From Vicinamibacterales bacterium (GTDB lineage: Bacteria; Acidobacteriota; Vicinamibacteria; Vicinamibacterales; SCN-69-37), in contig JBBDWL010000129.1 in NCBI GenBank assembly GCA_040902895.1, forward strand, positions 6,913 to 70,912: a stretch of DNA of 64,000 nucleotides, read 5' to 3'. Both the position numbers and the translations under genes were made by a program. Each line of letters starts with the position of its first letter. Position 1 is the stretch's first letter. Shown here in pieces: positions 43,166 through 51,865 of the stretch. Below the pieces are notes generated by a model. The model worked only from the letters and a program-made list of their open reading frames with translations, was not told where the DNA came from and did not search any database.

Positions 43166-45341
43166 GCGCCGCTCCGGCCGCGGCCTCGCGTGCCGCCTTC
43201 TTCAAGGCGCGGTCGCCTGTGGCGGCCGCGCCCTCGAGCGCCGTGCGGGCCTCTTCGGCATCCATGCCCAGAAGCGTCTGGACGCCGGCGACTTTGATCT
43301 GCCGCAGCTTTCGGCGCCCGCGCCATCCCTTCTTGCGGATCGTGCGGTCGATGGCAGGCACCGCTTTCGGATCATTAAGGATGCCGATGGCCTTCAGCGT
43401 GTCGATCACGACGTCGAAGTCTTCGCCCGCCGGATCGCTCGCGTCGAGCACGCTCGTCAGCACCGGCACCACCCGCGGATCGCGCTCGGCGACCAGCGCC
43501 GCCACGATCGCATCGCGGACGGGCCCCTGCGCCGCGCGCAGCACCGTCTGCACGGCGCGCGCGGCCGACGGATCGTTGATCGACGACAGCGCCCGCACCG
43601 CTTCGCGCGCGACATCCGGATCGCGCCCGCGCAGCAGCGGCTGCAGCAGCGGCACGCCGTCGGGCGATCCGATTCTGCCGAGCATGCGCGCGGCGATGCG
43701 CCGCACAGCCGGATCGTCTGACGTCACCAGCGGCGCCAACCGCGACACGGCGCCGGCGCCAATCGTCACGATGATGCCCGCGACGGCGTCTTTGGCCTTG
43801 TCCGAATTCGCGGCCAGCGCCCGTGACAGCCCGTCGACGCTCGCCGGTCCGATCGCCACGGCAATGGCCGTCAGCTGCGCGAGCGCACGCTCGTCGAGAT
43901 CTCCGACCAGCACCGCCGCGTCGGCCAGCGCCGCCGATCCGCCGACTGCGTCGAGGGCCGTGCGGCAGGCCTCGCCGCCGCGCCCCCGCAGCGCATCGAC
44001 CACCGTGGCGGCGTTGCTGAAGTCGCCCGACATCAGCAGATCTTCCGCAAGCGCGCCAAGGTCAGACGCCAGCGCCCCCATCTTGTCGGGATCGGTCTCG
44101 ATCTTCAGCAGATCGACGAGCAGCAGGGCCGAGAGCGTCCGCACGGATTCTTCGCCGAGGCTGTCCATCCACTCGTGCCACTCTTCGGGCGCCTCCGACG
44201 TGGCCATCCGCGCGGCGCGCTCGCCGGCCGTGTCGAGTGAGGCCCGATAGGCCGTCGAGACGAAGGCATTGTCGTTATACGCGAGCAGCAGCTCTTCGAC
44301 CGAAATCCACAGCGAGTCGAACTCAGGACGCTTGCCGAAATCCGTGTCGTTGAGCAGCGACCGCGTCATCGTGAGGATGCGGCGTTTACGCGGCTCGTCT
44401 GGCGCGATCGTGTCGAACACCTCCGCCAGCCGCGGCGACGTGCCGCCGCCCAGGGCCAGCGCGGTCGCCAGCAGTTGCGCGACCTGGATTTCGTCGAAGG
44501 CCAGGGCGCCATCGTCGCCAATTTTCTGGTCCGCGATGTTCTGCCGCAGCATCTCGACGACCACGTGCGACGGCAGCGTCGAGGTCGCGGTCGAGATGTT
44601 GCGCATCACTTCGGCGCGCCGCTCGGGCGCGAGCACGGCAATGAGTCCGTTCAGATGGCGCCAGGCCGCGAGGACGGCCGCCGCCTGGCTCGTCACCATC
44701 GGCGCGCCTTCCGGCGTCGTCTTCATTGCCGTGATGTCTGACGCGAACTCTTCCATGGCGTCAGGATCGCTCGCGATCTCGAGCAACCGCTGTTCGGCCG
44801 CTTCGTCCAGCGTGGCCTGGCGCACGGTCGCGAGCCGCACGAGCGTGCGCCACAGGTCGTCTTTGCGCTCGACGACTTTCTCGGGCTCGCTGAGCATCGC
44901 CTTGTAGTCGATCGCTTCGATCTCGACGCCGCCGCGGCCGAGCGCGACCCACGCCTGCGCGACGCCGCCGCGGGCCCGCACCGCGTCGACGTCTTCGGCC
45001 AGCAGCCGCAGCAGCGCGTACAGCGTGTCGTCGTCAACGACGCCGGTGAACGAGATGCGCAGCAGATCGCGCGCGTGAAGGTATGCGGCCGCCTCGGCGA
45101 CGATGCCGTCGGTCGCGACGGGCATGCCGTCGACGAGCAGGGCATCGGGCGCGACGCCGAGCGTGACGACATCGCCGCTGGCGGCGTCGGCGATGGCGGC
45201 CGAGAGGCGGCTGATGGCCGATCGCGCGGCCGGATGGTCGGGCGAATACAACGCCGCACTGCGCGCGGCGCCCACGAGCGTGCGCGCCACCGCAGCGGCA
45301 CGCTGCGCCGTTTCCGGCAACAGGCTTCGGGGGGCGGCCAT
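43158..45341 (-). CDS. Large HEAT-repeat protein (copy 1) whose N-terminal module is shared with the HD-GYP proteins
   Basis: The start is set at MAAPRSLLPETAQ (727 aa, matching the 726-aa paralogue). The ORF-track extension to 45461 runs through an intergenic repeat and overlaps the deoA start. N-terminus: SAALYSPDHPAA...VVTLGV...LLRISFTG...GVEIEAIDYKAML. C-terminal HEAT repeats include SDDPAVRRIAARMLGRIG, GRDPDVAREAVRALSSI and ERDPRVVPVL. Confidence 0.8.
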   Translation of the reverse strand: MAAPRSLLPETAQRAAAVARTLVGAARSAALYSPDHPAARSAISRLSAAIADAASGDVVTLGVAPDALLVDGMPVATDGIVAEAAAYLHARDLLRISFTGVVDDDTLYALLRLLAEDVDAVRARGGVAQAWVALGRGGVEIEAIDYKAMLSEPEKVVERKDDLWRTLVRLATVRQATLDEAAEQRLLEIASDPDAMEEFASDITAMKTTPEGAPMVTSQAAAVLAAWRHLNGLIAVLAPERRAEVMRNISTATSTLPSHVVVEMLRQNIADQKIGDDGALAFDEIQVAQLLATALALGGGTSPRLAEVFDTIAPDEPRKRRILTMTRSLLNDTDFGKRPEFDSLWISVEELLLAYNDNAFVSTAYRASLDTAGERAARMATSEAPEEWHEWMDSLGEESVRTLSALLLVDLLKIETDPDKMGALASDLGALAEDLLMSGDFSNAATVVDALRGRGGEACRTALDAVGGSAALADAAVLVGDLDERALAQLTAIAVAIGPASVDGLSRALAANSDKAKDAVAGIIVTIGAGAVSRLAPLVTSDDPAVRRIAARMLGRIGSPDGVPLLQPLLRGRDPDVAREAVRALSSINDPSAARAVQTVLRAAQGPVRDAIVAALVAERDPRVVPVLTSVLDASDPAGEDFDVVIDTLKAIGILNDPKAVPAIDRTIRKKGWRGRRKLRQIKVAGVQTLLGMDAEEARTALEGAAATGDRALKKAAREAAAGAARG

Positions 45342-45367
45342 TGGGATCGAAAGTATAGTAGGGACAG

Positions 45368-45432
45368 GCTTCCGCCTTCGCGCGAAGCGCTTCGGCGGAC
45401 GGCCGTAGCCTTGGCGAAGGCCGTTAGGCCTG
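45368..45432. repeat. GC-rich hairpin cluster in the divergent HEAT-gene/deoA spacer, possibly related to the 16567 repeat
   Basis: CCGCC TTCGCGCGAA GCGC TTCGGCGG contains the perfect palindrome TTCGCGCGAA. It is followed by ACGGCC GTAGCCTTGGCGAA GGCCGT. It shares CCGTAGC..GCGAAG strings with the 30-bp unit at 16567. The family assignment is tentative. Confidence 0.45.
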
Positions 45433-45441
45433 CCCGCCCAT

Positions 45442-46755
45442 ATGCCCGCCGTCGACATCATCCGTAAAAAACGCGACAGCCAGGCTCTCGCCGAGGGCGA
45501 GATCAGAGATTTCGTCTCGGGCGTAACCGACGGATCGTGGTCCGACTATCAGACCAGCGCGCTGCTGATGGCGATCTGCATCCGCGGAATGGACGGACGC
45601 GAGACGGCAACCCTCACCGACGCGATGGTGCACTCGGGGGTGCGCCTGGACTGGTCGGAGTTCGGCGGCGTGCCAGTCGACAAGCACAGCACCGGGGGCG
45701 TCGGCGACAAGACCTCGATGGTGATTGCGCCGGCCGCCGCGGCGTGCGGCGCAATCGTACCGATGATGTCAGGCCGCGGGCTTGGTCATACCGGCGGCAC
45801 GCTCGACAAGCTGGAAGCCATTCCAGGATTTCGCACGCAGCTCACGGTGCCGGAAATGCGGACGGTCCTGCGGAAGACGGGGTGCGCGCTGATCGGCCAG
45901 ACGGCCGAGATCGCGCCGGCCGATCGCAAGTTATATGCGCTGCGCGACGTGACGGGAACCGTGGAAAGTCTGCCGCTCATCTGCAGCTCGATCATGTCGA
46001 AGAAGATTGCAGAGGGGGTGGGCGCCCTGGTCCTGGACGTCAAGACGGGCCGCGGAGCGTTTCTGCGCGATGCCGGAGAGGCGCGCGCGCTGGCGGAGGC
46101 CATGGTCGAGACCGGCACGCGTGCCGGGGTGAAGACCGAGGCGCTGCTCACCTCGATGGACGTGCCGCTCGGACGCGCCGTCGGCAACGCGCTCGAGATT
46201 GCGGAATGCCTCGAGGTGTTGAAGGGCGGCGGCCCGCCGGATCTGATCGACCTGTGCGAGCTGCTGGCCGCGCGGATGCTGGTGCTGGCGGATGTCGAGC
46301 GTGACGAAGCCGGGGCGCGGCTGCGCGTGCGCCGGTCGCTGCAGGACGGCAGCGCCCTCGAGCGCTTCCGGATGATCATCGAAGCGCAAGGCGGCGACCC
46401 GCGCGTGATCGATGACGTCGGGTTGTTGCCGGCGGCTGCCGAACGGTACGTCATCACGGCAGCGCGCGCGGGCTTTGTGTGCGCGATTCACGCCGATCTC
46501 GTCGGCCGCGCATCCGTCGTGCTTGGCGCAGGCCGCGCCCGTCTCGATTCGATCGTGGATCCGGCCGTCGGATTCATCCTCGTGCGCCGTCCTGGCGATG
46601 AAGTGCAGGCGGGCGACGCCGTGCTCGAAGTTCACTACAATGACCGCGCCCGGCTGGCCCCCGCAGAAGCGTTGGCCCGCGAGGCGATCGAGATCGGCGC
46701 GGCGCCGCCCCCGGACGCGCCGCTGATCCTCGATCGCATCGCATCCGCGGCCTGA
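45442..46755 (+). CDS. deoA: Thymidine/pyrimidine-nucleoside phosphorylase
   Basis: 437 aa with DIIRKKRD, ALLMAICIRGM, VDKHSTGGVGDKTS, SGRGLGHTGGTLDKLE and the full-length family pattern. Confidence 0.9.
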   Translation: MPAVDIIRKKRDSQALAEGEIRDFVSGVTDGSWSDYQTSALLMAICIRGMDGRETATLTDAMVHSGVRLDWSEFGGVPVDKHSTGGVGDKTSMVIAPAAAACGAIVPMMSGRGLGHTGGTLDKLEAIPGFRTQLTVPEMRTVLRKTGCALIGQTAEIAPADRKLYALRDVTGTVESLPLICSSIMSKKIAEGVGALVLDVKTGRGAFLRDAGEARALAEAMVETGTRAGVKTEALLTSMDVPLGRAVGNALEIAECLEVLKGGGPPDLIDLCELLAARMLVLADVERDEAGARLRVRRSLQDGSALERFRMIIEAQGGDPRVIDDVGLLPAAAERYVITAARAGFVCAIHADLVGRASVVLGAGRARLDSIVDPAVGFILVRRPGDEVQAGDAVLEVHYNDRARLAPAEALAREAIEIGAAPPPDAPLILDRIASAA

Positions 46756-46768
46756 GGATTCTTCTTCC

Positions 46769-48145
46769 ATGGATCAGACTGCTGTACCCGGCCCGGCGCC
46801 GGGGCCGGGCCCGATTGCGCCGCGCACCGACGGCATGCTGCGTCTCGGCGCGGCGGCGCTTGCGGTTGCCATTGCCGTCGCTGTCTACGTCTTTCAGAAT
46901 TATCTGAGCCCGAACGTCCGCGGCGGCATGGGCATCATCGCGTTCATCGCGATCGTGGCGGCCTTTTCCGCCAATCTCAAGGCCGTCAGCTGGCGCACGG
47001 TCGGCTTCGGCATGGCCATTCAATTCGCGCTCGCGCTGCTGATTCTCGAGCTCGAATTCGACGGATGGAAGCCGGGCTATGCCTTTTTCGCGATGGTCGG
47101 CGGGGGCGTGAAGCAGTTCCTGGAATTCACCAATGCCGGATCGACCTTCGTCTTCGGCGGGCTCGCCGATCCGGCCCGGATGGCGGCCGTGTTTCCCGGC
47201 GGGTTCGTCTTCGCCTTCGTCGCGCTCCCAACCGTCATCTTCGTTTCGTCTTTCTTCACCGTCCTCTACTACTTCGGCATCCTGCAGTTCGTCGTCAAGG
47301 TCTTCGCGAAGGCGATGATGTACCTGATGCGCACGAGCGGCGCCGAGACGCTCTCGGCCGCCGCGAATGTGTTCATGGGTCAGACCGAGGCGCCGATCAT
47401 CGTCAAGCCCTACGTGCCGCGCATGACGCAGTCTGAGCTGCTCGCGATGATGGTGGGCGGCATGGCGACGATCTCGGGCGGCGTGATGGCTGTCTACATC
47501 GCGCTCGGCGCGGATGCGGTTGCCATCCTGACCACGAGCGTGATGGCGGCGCCGTGCGGGTTGTACCTGGCGAAGATTCTGCTGCCCGAGACGGAAGAGC
47601 CCGAGACGCGGGGCGATGTCAAGACGGTCGTCGAGCGCCAGCACGTGAACGTCGTCGATGCGGCCGCCGCCGGCGCGTCCGACGGGCTCGTGCTCGCGTT
47701 CAACATCGCGGCGATGCTGATCGCCTTTCTCGCATTCATTGCGATGTTCGATTACATCCTCGGCCTGATCCGGCCGGGCCTGTCGCTGCCGCTGATTTTT
47801 TCATGGGTCTTCGCGCCGCTGGCGCTGATGATGGGCGTGCCCATGCAGGACGCCGGCGCCGTCGGCGATCTACTTGGGACCAAGCTCGTGGCGAACGAGT
47901 TCGTCGCCTACGTCAAGCTGACGACGGAGTATCGCGGCGTCATCAGCGACCGTGCCTACACGCTGTCGACCTTTGCGCTGACTGGCTTCGCGAACTTCGC
48001 GTCGATCGGCATTCTGCTCGGCGGCATCGGCGCGATGGCCCCCAGCCGCCGCGGAGACCTGGCGAGACTCGGGATGAAGGCGCTGCTCGGCGGCTTTCTG
48101 GCGACGATGATCAACGCGTCGATCGCGGCGATGCTGATCGGATGA
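46769..48145 (+). CDS. nupC: NupC/NupG-family concentrative nucleoside transporter
   Basis: 458 aa polytopic protein. Motifs: FSANLKAVSWRTVGFGMAIQFALALLIL, AGSTFVFGGL, ANVFMGQTEAPI and GFANFASIGI. A downstream alternative Met start (46835) is possible. Confidence 0.9.
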   Translation: MDQTAVPGPAPGPGPIAPRTDGMLRLGAAALAVAIAVAVYVFQNYLSPNVRGGMGIIAFIAIVAAFSANLKAVSWRTVGFGMAIQFALALLILELEFDGWKPGYAFFAMVGGGVKQFLEFTNAGSTFVFGGLADPARMAAVFPGGFVFAFVALPTVIFVSSFFTVLYYFGILQFVVKVFAKAMMYLMRTSGAETLSAAANVFMGQTEAPIIVKPYVPRMTQSELLAMMVGGMATISGGVMAVYIALGADAVAILTTSVMAAPCGLYLAKILLPETEEPETRGDVKTVVERQHVNVVDAAAAGASDGLVLAFNIAAMLIAFLAFIAMFDYILGLIRPGLSLPLIFSWVFAPLALMMGVPMQDAGAVGDLLGTKLVANEFVAYVKLTTEYRGVISDRAYTLSTFALTGFANFASIGILLGGIGAMAPSRRGDLARLGMKALLGGFLATMINASIAAMLIG

Positions 48146-48981
48146 CGACGCCATCCGGAAGACCCGGGTTCAATGAGATCGACGCGGCTGCTTCCTGGAT
48201 TCGCGGGAGAGCCGGCGGGCGCGCGCCCGAAATTGCCATCGTGCTCGGCTCGGGACTCGGCGGATTCTTTGATCGCCTGACCGATGCGTTCGCGATCGAA
48301 TATGCCGATGTGCCAGGCTGGCCTGCGACGGCTGTTGCGGGACATGCCGGGCGTCTCGGTATCGGGACGCTCGCGGGAAAGACGGTCGCGGTCCTCAGCG
48401 GACGCGTCCACATGTACGAAGGGCACGAGATGGACCGCGTCGTGTTCGCCACGCGCGTGATCGCGCGTCTGGGCGTGAAGACGCTCATTCTTACGAATGC
48501 AGCCGGCGGCATCAATAAGGCGTTCGGCAAGGGCGCCCTGATGGTGCTTGACGATCACATCAACTTTCTCGGCCGCAATCCGCTGACGGGCCCGAACGAC
48601 GATCGTTTCGGCCTGCGGTTCCCCGACATGACCGAGGTGTACTCGGCGCGCCTGCGGGGCATCGCCGACGAGGCCTCGCGCGAGCGCGGCGTGCCGGTGT
48701 ATCACGGCGTCTATATCGCCGTGCCCGGCCCGAGTTACGAAACGCCGGCAGAGATCCGCGCGTTCCGCACGCTTGGTGCCGACGCCGTCGGCATGTCCAC
48801 GGTGCCCGAAGCGATCGCCGCGCGGCACATGGGCCTCGACGTGCTGGGCATCTCATGCATCACGAACATGGCGGCCGGCATGCTGCCCGAGACACTCAGT
48901 CACGACGAAGTCTTCGAGATCGCCAACCGCGTGAAGGACGCCTTCACCGCGCTACTGGAGGGCATCATTGAGCGCGCCTGA
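48142..48981 (+). CDS. punA: Purine nucleoside phosphorylase (trimeric PNP/PunA type)
   Basis: Started at MTTPSGRPGF, with an ATGA overlap with nupC. Motifs: VLGSGLG, GHAGRL, GRVHMYEG, ILTNAAGG, GPSYETPAEIR and GADAVGMSTVPE. The upstream part of ORF 47554..48981 overlaps nupC out of frame. Confidence 0.9.
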   Translation: MTTPSGRPGFNEIDAAASWIRGRAGGRAPEIAIVLGSGLGGFFDRLTDAFAIEYADVPGWPATAVAGHAGRLGIGTLAGKTVAVLSGRVHMYEGHEMDRVVFATRVIARLGVKTLILTNAAGGINKAFGKGALMVLDDHINFLGRNPLTGPNDDRFGLRFPDMTEVYSARLRGIADEASRERGVPVYHGVYIAVPGPSYETPAEIRAFRTLGADAVGMSTVPEAIAARHMGLDVLGISCITNMAAGMLPETLSHDEVFEIANRVKDAFTALLEGIIERA

Positions 48982-49378
48982 TCCACACATCGAAGAGCGG
49001 CTGGTGAGCGCGGCGAGGGATGCACGGACTCGCGCGATCGCGCCATATTCGCACTTTCAAGTTGGCGCGGCGCTCTTGCTTGCCGACGGCGGCATCGTAA
49101 GCGGCTGCAACATCGAGAACGCGACATACGGACTGACCATCTGCGCCGAACGTGTGGCTCTTGTAAAGGCGTTGTCGGAAGGGAAGCGCGACTTCGTGGC
49201 CCTGGTGGTGTCGGCTGACGCCGCACGGCCGACGCCGCCGTGCGGCGCGTGCCGTCAGCTCCTATGGGAATACTGCGGCGACATCCCGGTTATCATGGCC
49301 AACGCGCGCGAGGTGACGATGCGCACGTCGCTCGGCGTGCTGCTGCCGGAACCGTTCGGGCCTGAAAATCTGAAATAG
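48968..49378 (+). CDS. cdd: Cytidine deaminase
   Basis: 136 aa with APYSHFQVGAAL, the zinc ligands CAERVAL and PCGACRQ. The start is TTG 48968 (14-nt overlap with punA) or GTG 49004. Confidence 0.9.
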   Translation: MSAPDPHIEERLVSAARDARTRAIAPYSHFQVGAALLLADGGIVSGCNIENATYGLTICAERVALVKALSEGKRDFVALVVSADAARPTPPCGACRQLLWEYCGDIPVIMANAREVTMRTSLGVLLPEPFGPENLK

Positions 49379-49403
49379 CGCAGTCACGACGCCGGAGGGC
49401 CTC

Positions 49404-51842
49404 ATGTTACTCGGCCACGACCTTCGTCACTCCGTGCGGGCGCTCCGCAGATCGCCTTGGTACGCCGCAACCGTCGTCGCCGTCATCTCGCTCAGCATCG
49501 CCATGATGACAGCCGTTTTTGCGGTTGTTGACGGCGTGCTGTTCCGGCCGCTGCCGTATCCGGATTCGGAGGACGTGTTCGCGGTAGGTGGCGTGTTCGA
49601 AGGCGACCAGGAGCCGCTCGAGCGGCTCGTCGGCATGATCTCGCCGCGTGAGCTGAATGCGTGGCGGTCATCCGTTCCCGATGTGCCCATCACGCTGCTT
49701 GGCTATTCGAGCGTGACGCTGGAGGACGGAAGCTTCGCGCTCGCCGCAACCGTGGACCGGCAGTTTTTCGATGTGTTCGGGGTGCGTCTGCTGGTCGGCG
49801 GCTTCGCGGAGGCAGACGTCGCCGGACCAGTGCCGGTGCGGCCGATTCTCATCAGCCACGCGCTCTGGCAGAGCCATTTCAACGGCGACCCGGATATCGT
49901 CGGACGAATCTTCACGCCGCACGGCTTCAGGAGTGTTCCGCATCGGATCGCGGGCGTGCTCGATCGCGACGGCTTCGTGCCGCCGCTGCCAGGCCGCCCG
50001 GGTTCGTGGGTCCGGCAGCGTTCGCGGATCGACGCGCTGTTTCCGAACACGCTCGCGCCAGGCTTCGGTGAGCGCATCGGTGTGGCGTTCGCGCGCGTGC
50101 CTGCCGCGCGCGCCGCGGCCGTTGAATCGGTGCTCGACGCGGCTGTCATCGCCTATCGATCCACGGTGCCGCCGCCCCGCCGGCCGTTCACCTCGGTCGC
50201 ACAGCGTCGAGGGATGGGCGCGTACGACGGTGCGTCCTTCGTCCCGATCGCCGAGTTTGCCACCGCGCGTCAGCGGCCGATTCTCGCAATCGTCTTCGCC
50301 ACCGCCGTTGGACTCGCGCTGCTCGTCATGTTGAACGCCGGCGCGCTCGCGACGGCCCGCGCGCAACAGCGGCTGCGGGAGATGGCGCTGCGCCGCTCGC
50401 TCGGCGCACGCACGCGCGATCTGCTGCGCACCGCTCTGGTCGAGCAGAGCCTGTTGACAGCGGCGGGCGCGGCTCTCGGGCTCCTGCTTGCGCCGTCGCT
50501 GCTGCGTCTGATCGCGCGGGAGCTGCCGGCGGGACTGGAACTGATCAAGGAGGTACGTGTCGACTGGCGCGCGGCGTCGGTCGTCGCGATGGTCGCGGCG
50601 GCAATGGCGGCTGGCGTCGCAGTCTTGAGCGCGCGGTTCGCCGTGCGACACGCGGCGCTGAATCCGCTGCTGGCCATGGGGCCCGGCGGCGGCCGCGCAG
50701 GCGCACGGGTCGCGCGCGTTCTCGTGGCGGGGCAGATCGCCCTGGCATTCGGCCTTGTGCTGGGCGGAGCGCTCTTTCTGAGGAGCCTGGGCCTCGTCTG
50801 GAGCGAAGACACGGGGCTGCGAACTCGCGATGCCGCGCTGCTCCGTGTCTCGTTCGCGGAACGGGCCGACCCTTCGCGGCAGCTCCAGCTGCTCGAGACG
50901 GTACGCGGCGTCCCGGGCGTCGCGGCCGCTGGAGCCGTCGACAGATCGATCCTGGAGAACTTCGACGGCAGTTCATCTGTGTTCCGGGGGCCTGACGGTG
51001 GCCCGCCGCCGGCTCCGGTACCGTTGGTGGCGAGGGTGACTTCCGGTTTCTTCGACGCCGCCGGCATCAGGCTGATCGCGGGGCGGCTGCCGACCGACGC
51101 CGAGCTCGACGCCGGAGCGCCGGTGATCGCCGTCAGCGAAACATTGGCGGACCGCTATTGGCCGGATGAAGATCCGATCGGCCGATCGCTCCGATCCGGA
51201 CGGCTCGAAAGCAGAGTCGTCGGTGTCGTGCGCGACGCGCGGCTCGTCGCCGTGGACGCCGCCCCGACCGGGACCATCTTCGCCGGTCTGGATCGCGACG
51301 CTGCCTTCATGAGGTTGTTCGTTGCGTTCCGCGGGCAGGCGGATCTGGTGCTCACGCGGCTCGTTGCGCAGGTTCCGGAAGCCGACCCGCTCGCCCGCGT
51401 CATCGAGGCGAAGATGATCGATGAGATTGCCGCGGAGTCCGTGCGTCCCCGCACGCTCAGCGCCATTGCGGCGTCCGGCTTCGCTCTGGGCGCGCTGGTC
51501 CTGACTGCGATCGGCCTGTTCGGCCTGGCTGCACAAACGACCGGCAGGCGCACTCGAGAGATGGGCATCCGGCTCGCGCTCGGTGATACCCCGGCGGGCC
51601 TCATTCGCCTGGTCGCCCGAGGGCAGGCCGCGACGCTGCTTGGAGGCCTGGCGGCGGGCGCGCTACTGGCAGCGGCCCTTGTGCGGCTCATCTCGTCGTA
51701 CCTCTATGGCGTGACCGCGTACGACGCCACGACATGGATGCTGGCGGCTTCCGTGGTCTCCGTGGCTGCCGCCGTGGGTACGCTCGTGCCGGCTCTGCGC
51801 GCAAGTGGCGTCAGCCCGGTCGAAGCGCTGCGGGCGGAGTAG
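49404..51842 (+). CDS. ADOP-family (MacB/FtsX-type) ABC permease with no adjacent ATPase
   Basis: 812 aa. It has HDLRHSVRALRRSPWYAATVVAVISLSIAMMTAVFAVVDGVLFRPLPYPDSE and two FtsX 4-TM halves. The C-terminal end reads PALRASGVSPVEALRAE. Confidence 0.85.
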   Translation: MLLGHDLRHSVRALRRSPWYAATVVAVISLSIAMMTAVFAVVDGVLFRPLPYPDSEDVFAVGGVFEGDQEPLERLVGMISPRELNAWRSSVPDVPITLLGYSSVTLEDGSFALAATVDRQFFDVFGVRLLVGGFAEADVAGPVPVRPILISHALWQSHFNGDPDIVGRIFTPHGFRSVPHRIAGVLDRDGFVPPLPGRPGSWVRQRSRIDALFPNTLAPGFGERIGVAFARVPAARAAAVESVLDAAVIAYRSTVPPPRRPFTSVAQRRGMGAYDGASFVPIAEFATARQRPILAIVFATAVGLALLVMLNAGALATARAQQRLREMALRRSLGARTRDLLRTALVEQSLLTAAGAALGLLLAPSLLRLIARELPAGLELIKEVRVDWRAASVVAMVAAAMAAGVAVLSARFAVRHAALNPLLAMGPGGGRAGARVARVLVAGQIALAFGLVLGGALFLRSLGLVWSEDTGLRTRDAALLRVSFAERADPSRQLQLLETVRGVPGVAAAGAVDRSILENFDGSSSVFRGPDGGPPPAPVPLVARVTSGFFDAAGIRLIAGRLPTDAELDAGAPVIAVSETLADRYWPDEDPIGRSLRSGRLESRVVGVVRDARLVAVDAAPTGTIFAGLDRDAAFMRLFVAFRGQADLVLTRLVAQVPEADPLARVIEAKMIDEIAAESVRPRTLSAIAASGFALGALVLTAIGLFGLAAQTTGRRTREMGIRLALGDTPAGLIRLVARGQAATLLGGLAAGALLAAALVRLISSYLYGVTAYDATTWMLAASVVSVAAAVGTLVPALRASGVSPVEALRAE

Positions 51843-51865
51843 AACTCCGAACTATCATTTAGTTA

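Noticed and set aside
45342-45461. N-terminal extension of the HEAT-repeat ORF to 45461
   Set aside because: The extra 40 codons run through the GC-rich hairpin repeat and overlap the divergent deoA start. Starting at 45341 gives 727 aa, matching the 726-aa paralogue and its N-terminal motif position.
47554-48141. Upstream extension of the purine nucleoside phosphorylase ORF (475 aa)
   Set aside because: It overlaps nupC in another frame with Arg/Gly-rich composition. The conserved PNP sequence starts at the ATG at 48142, which overlaps the nupC stop.
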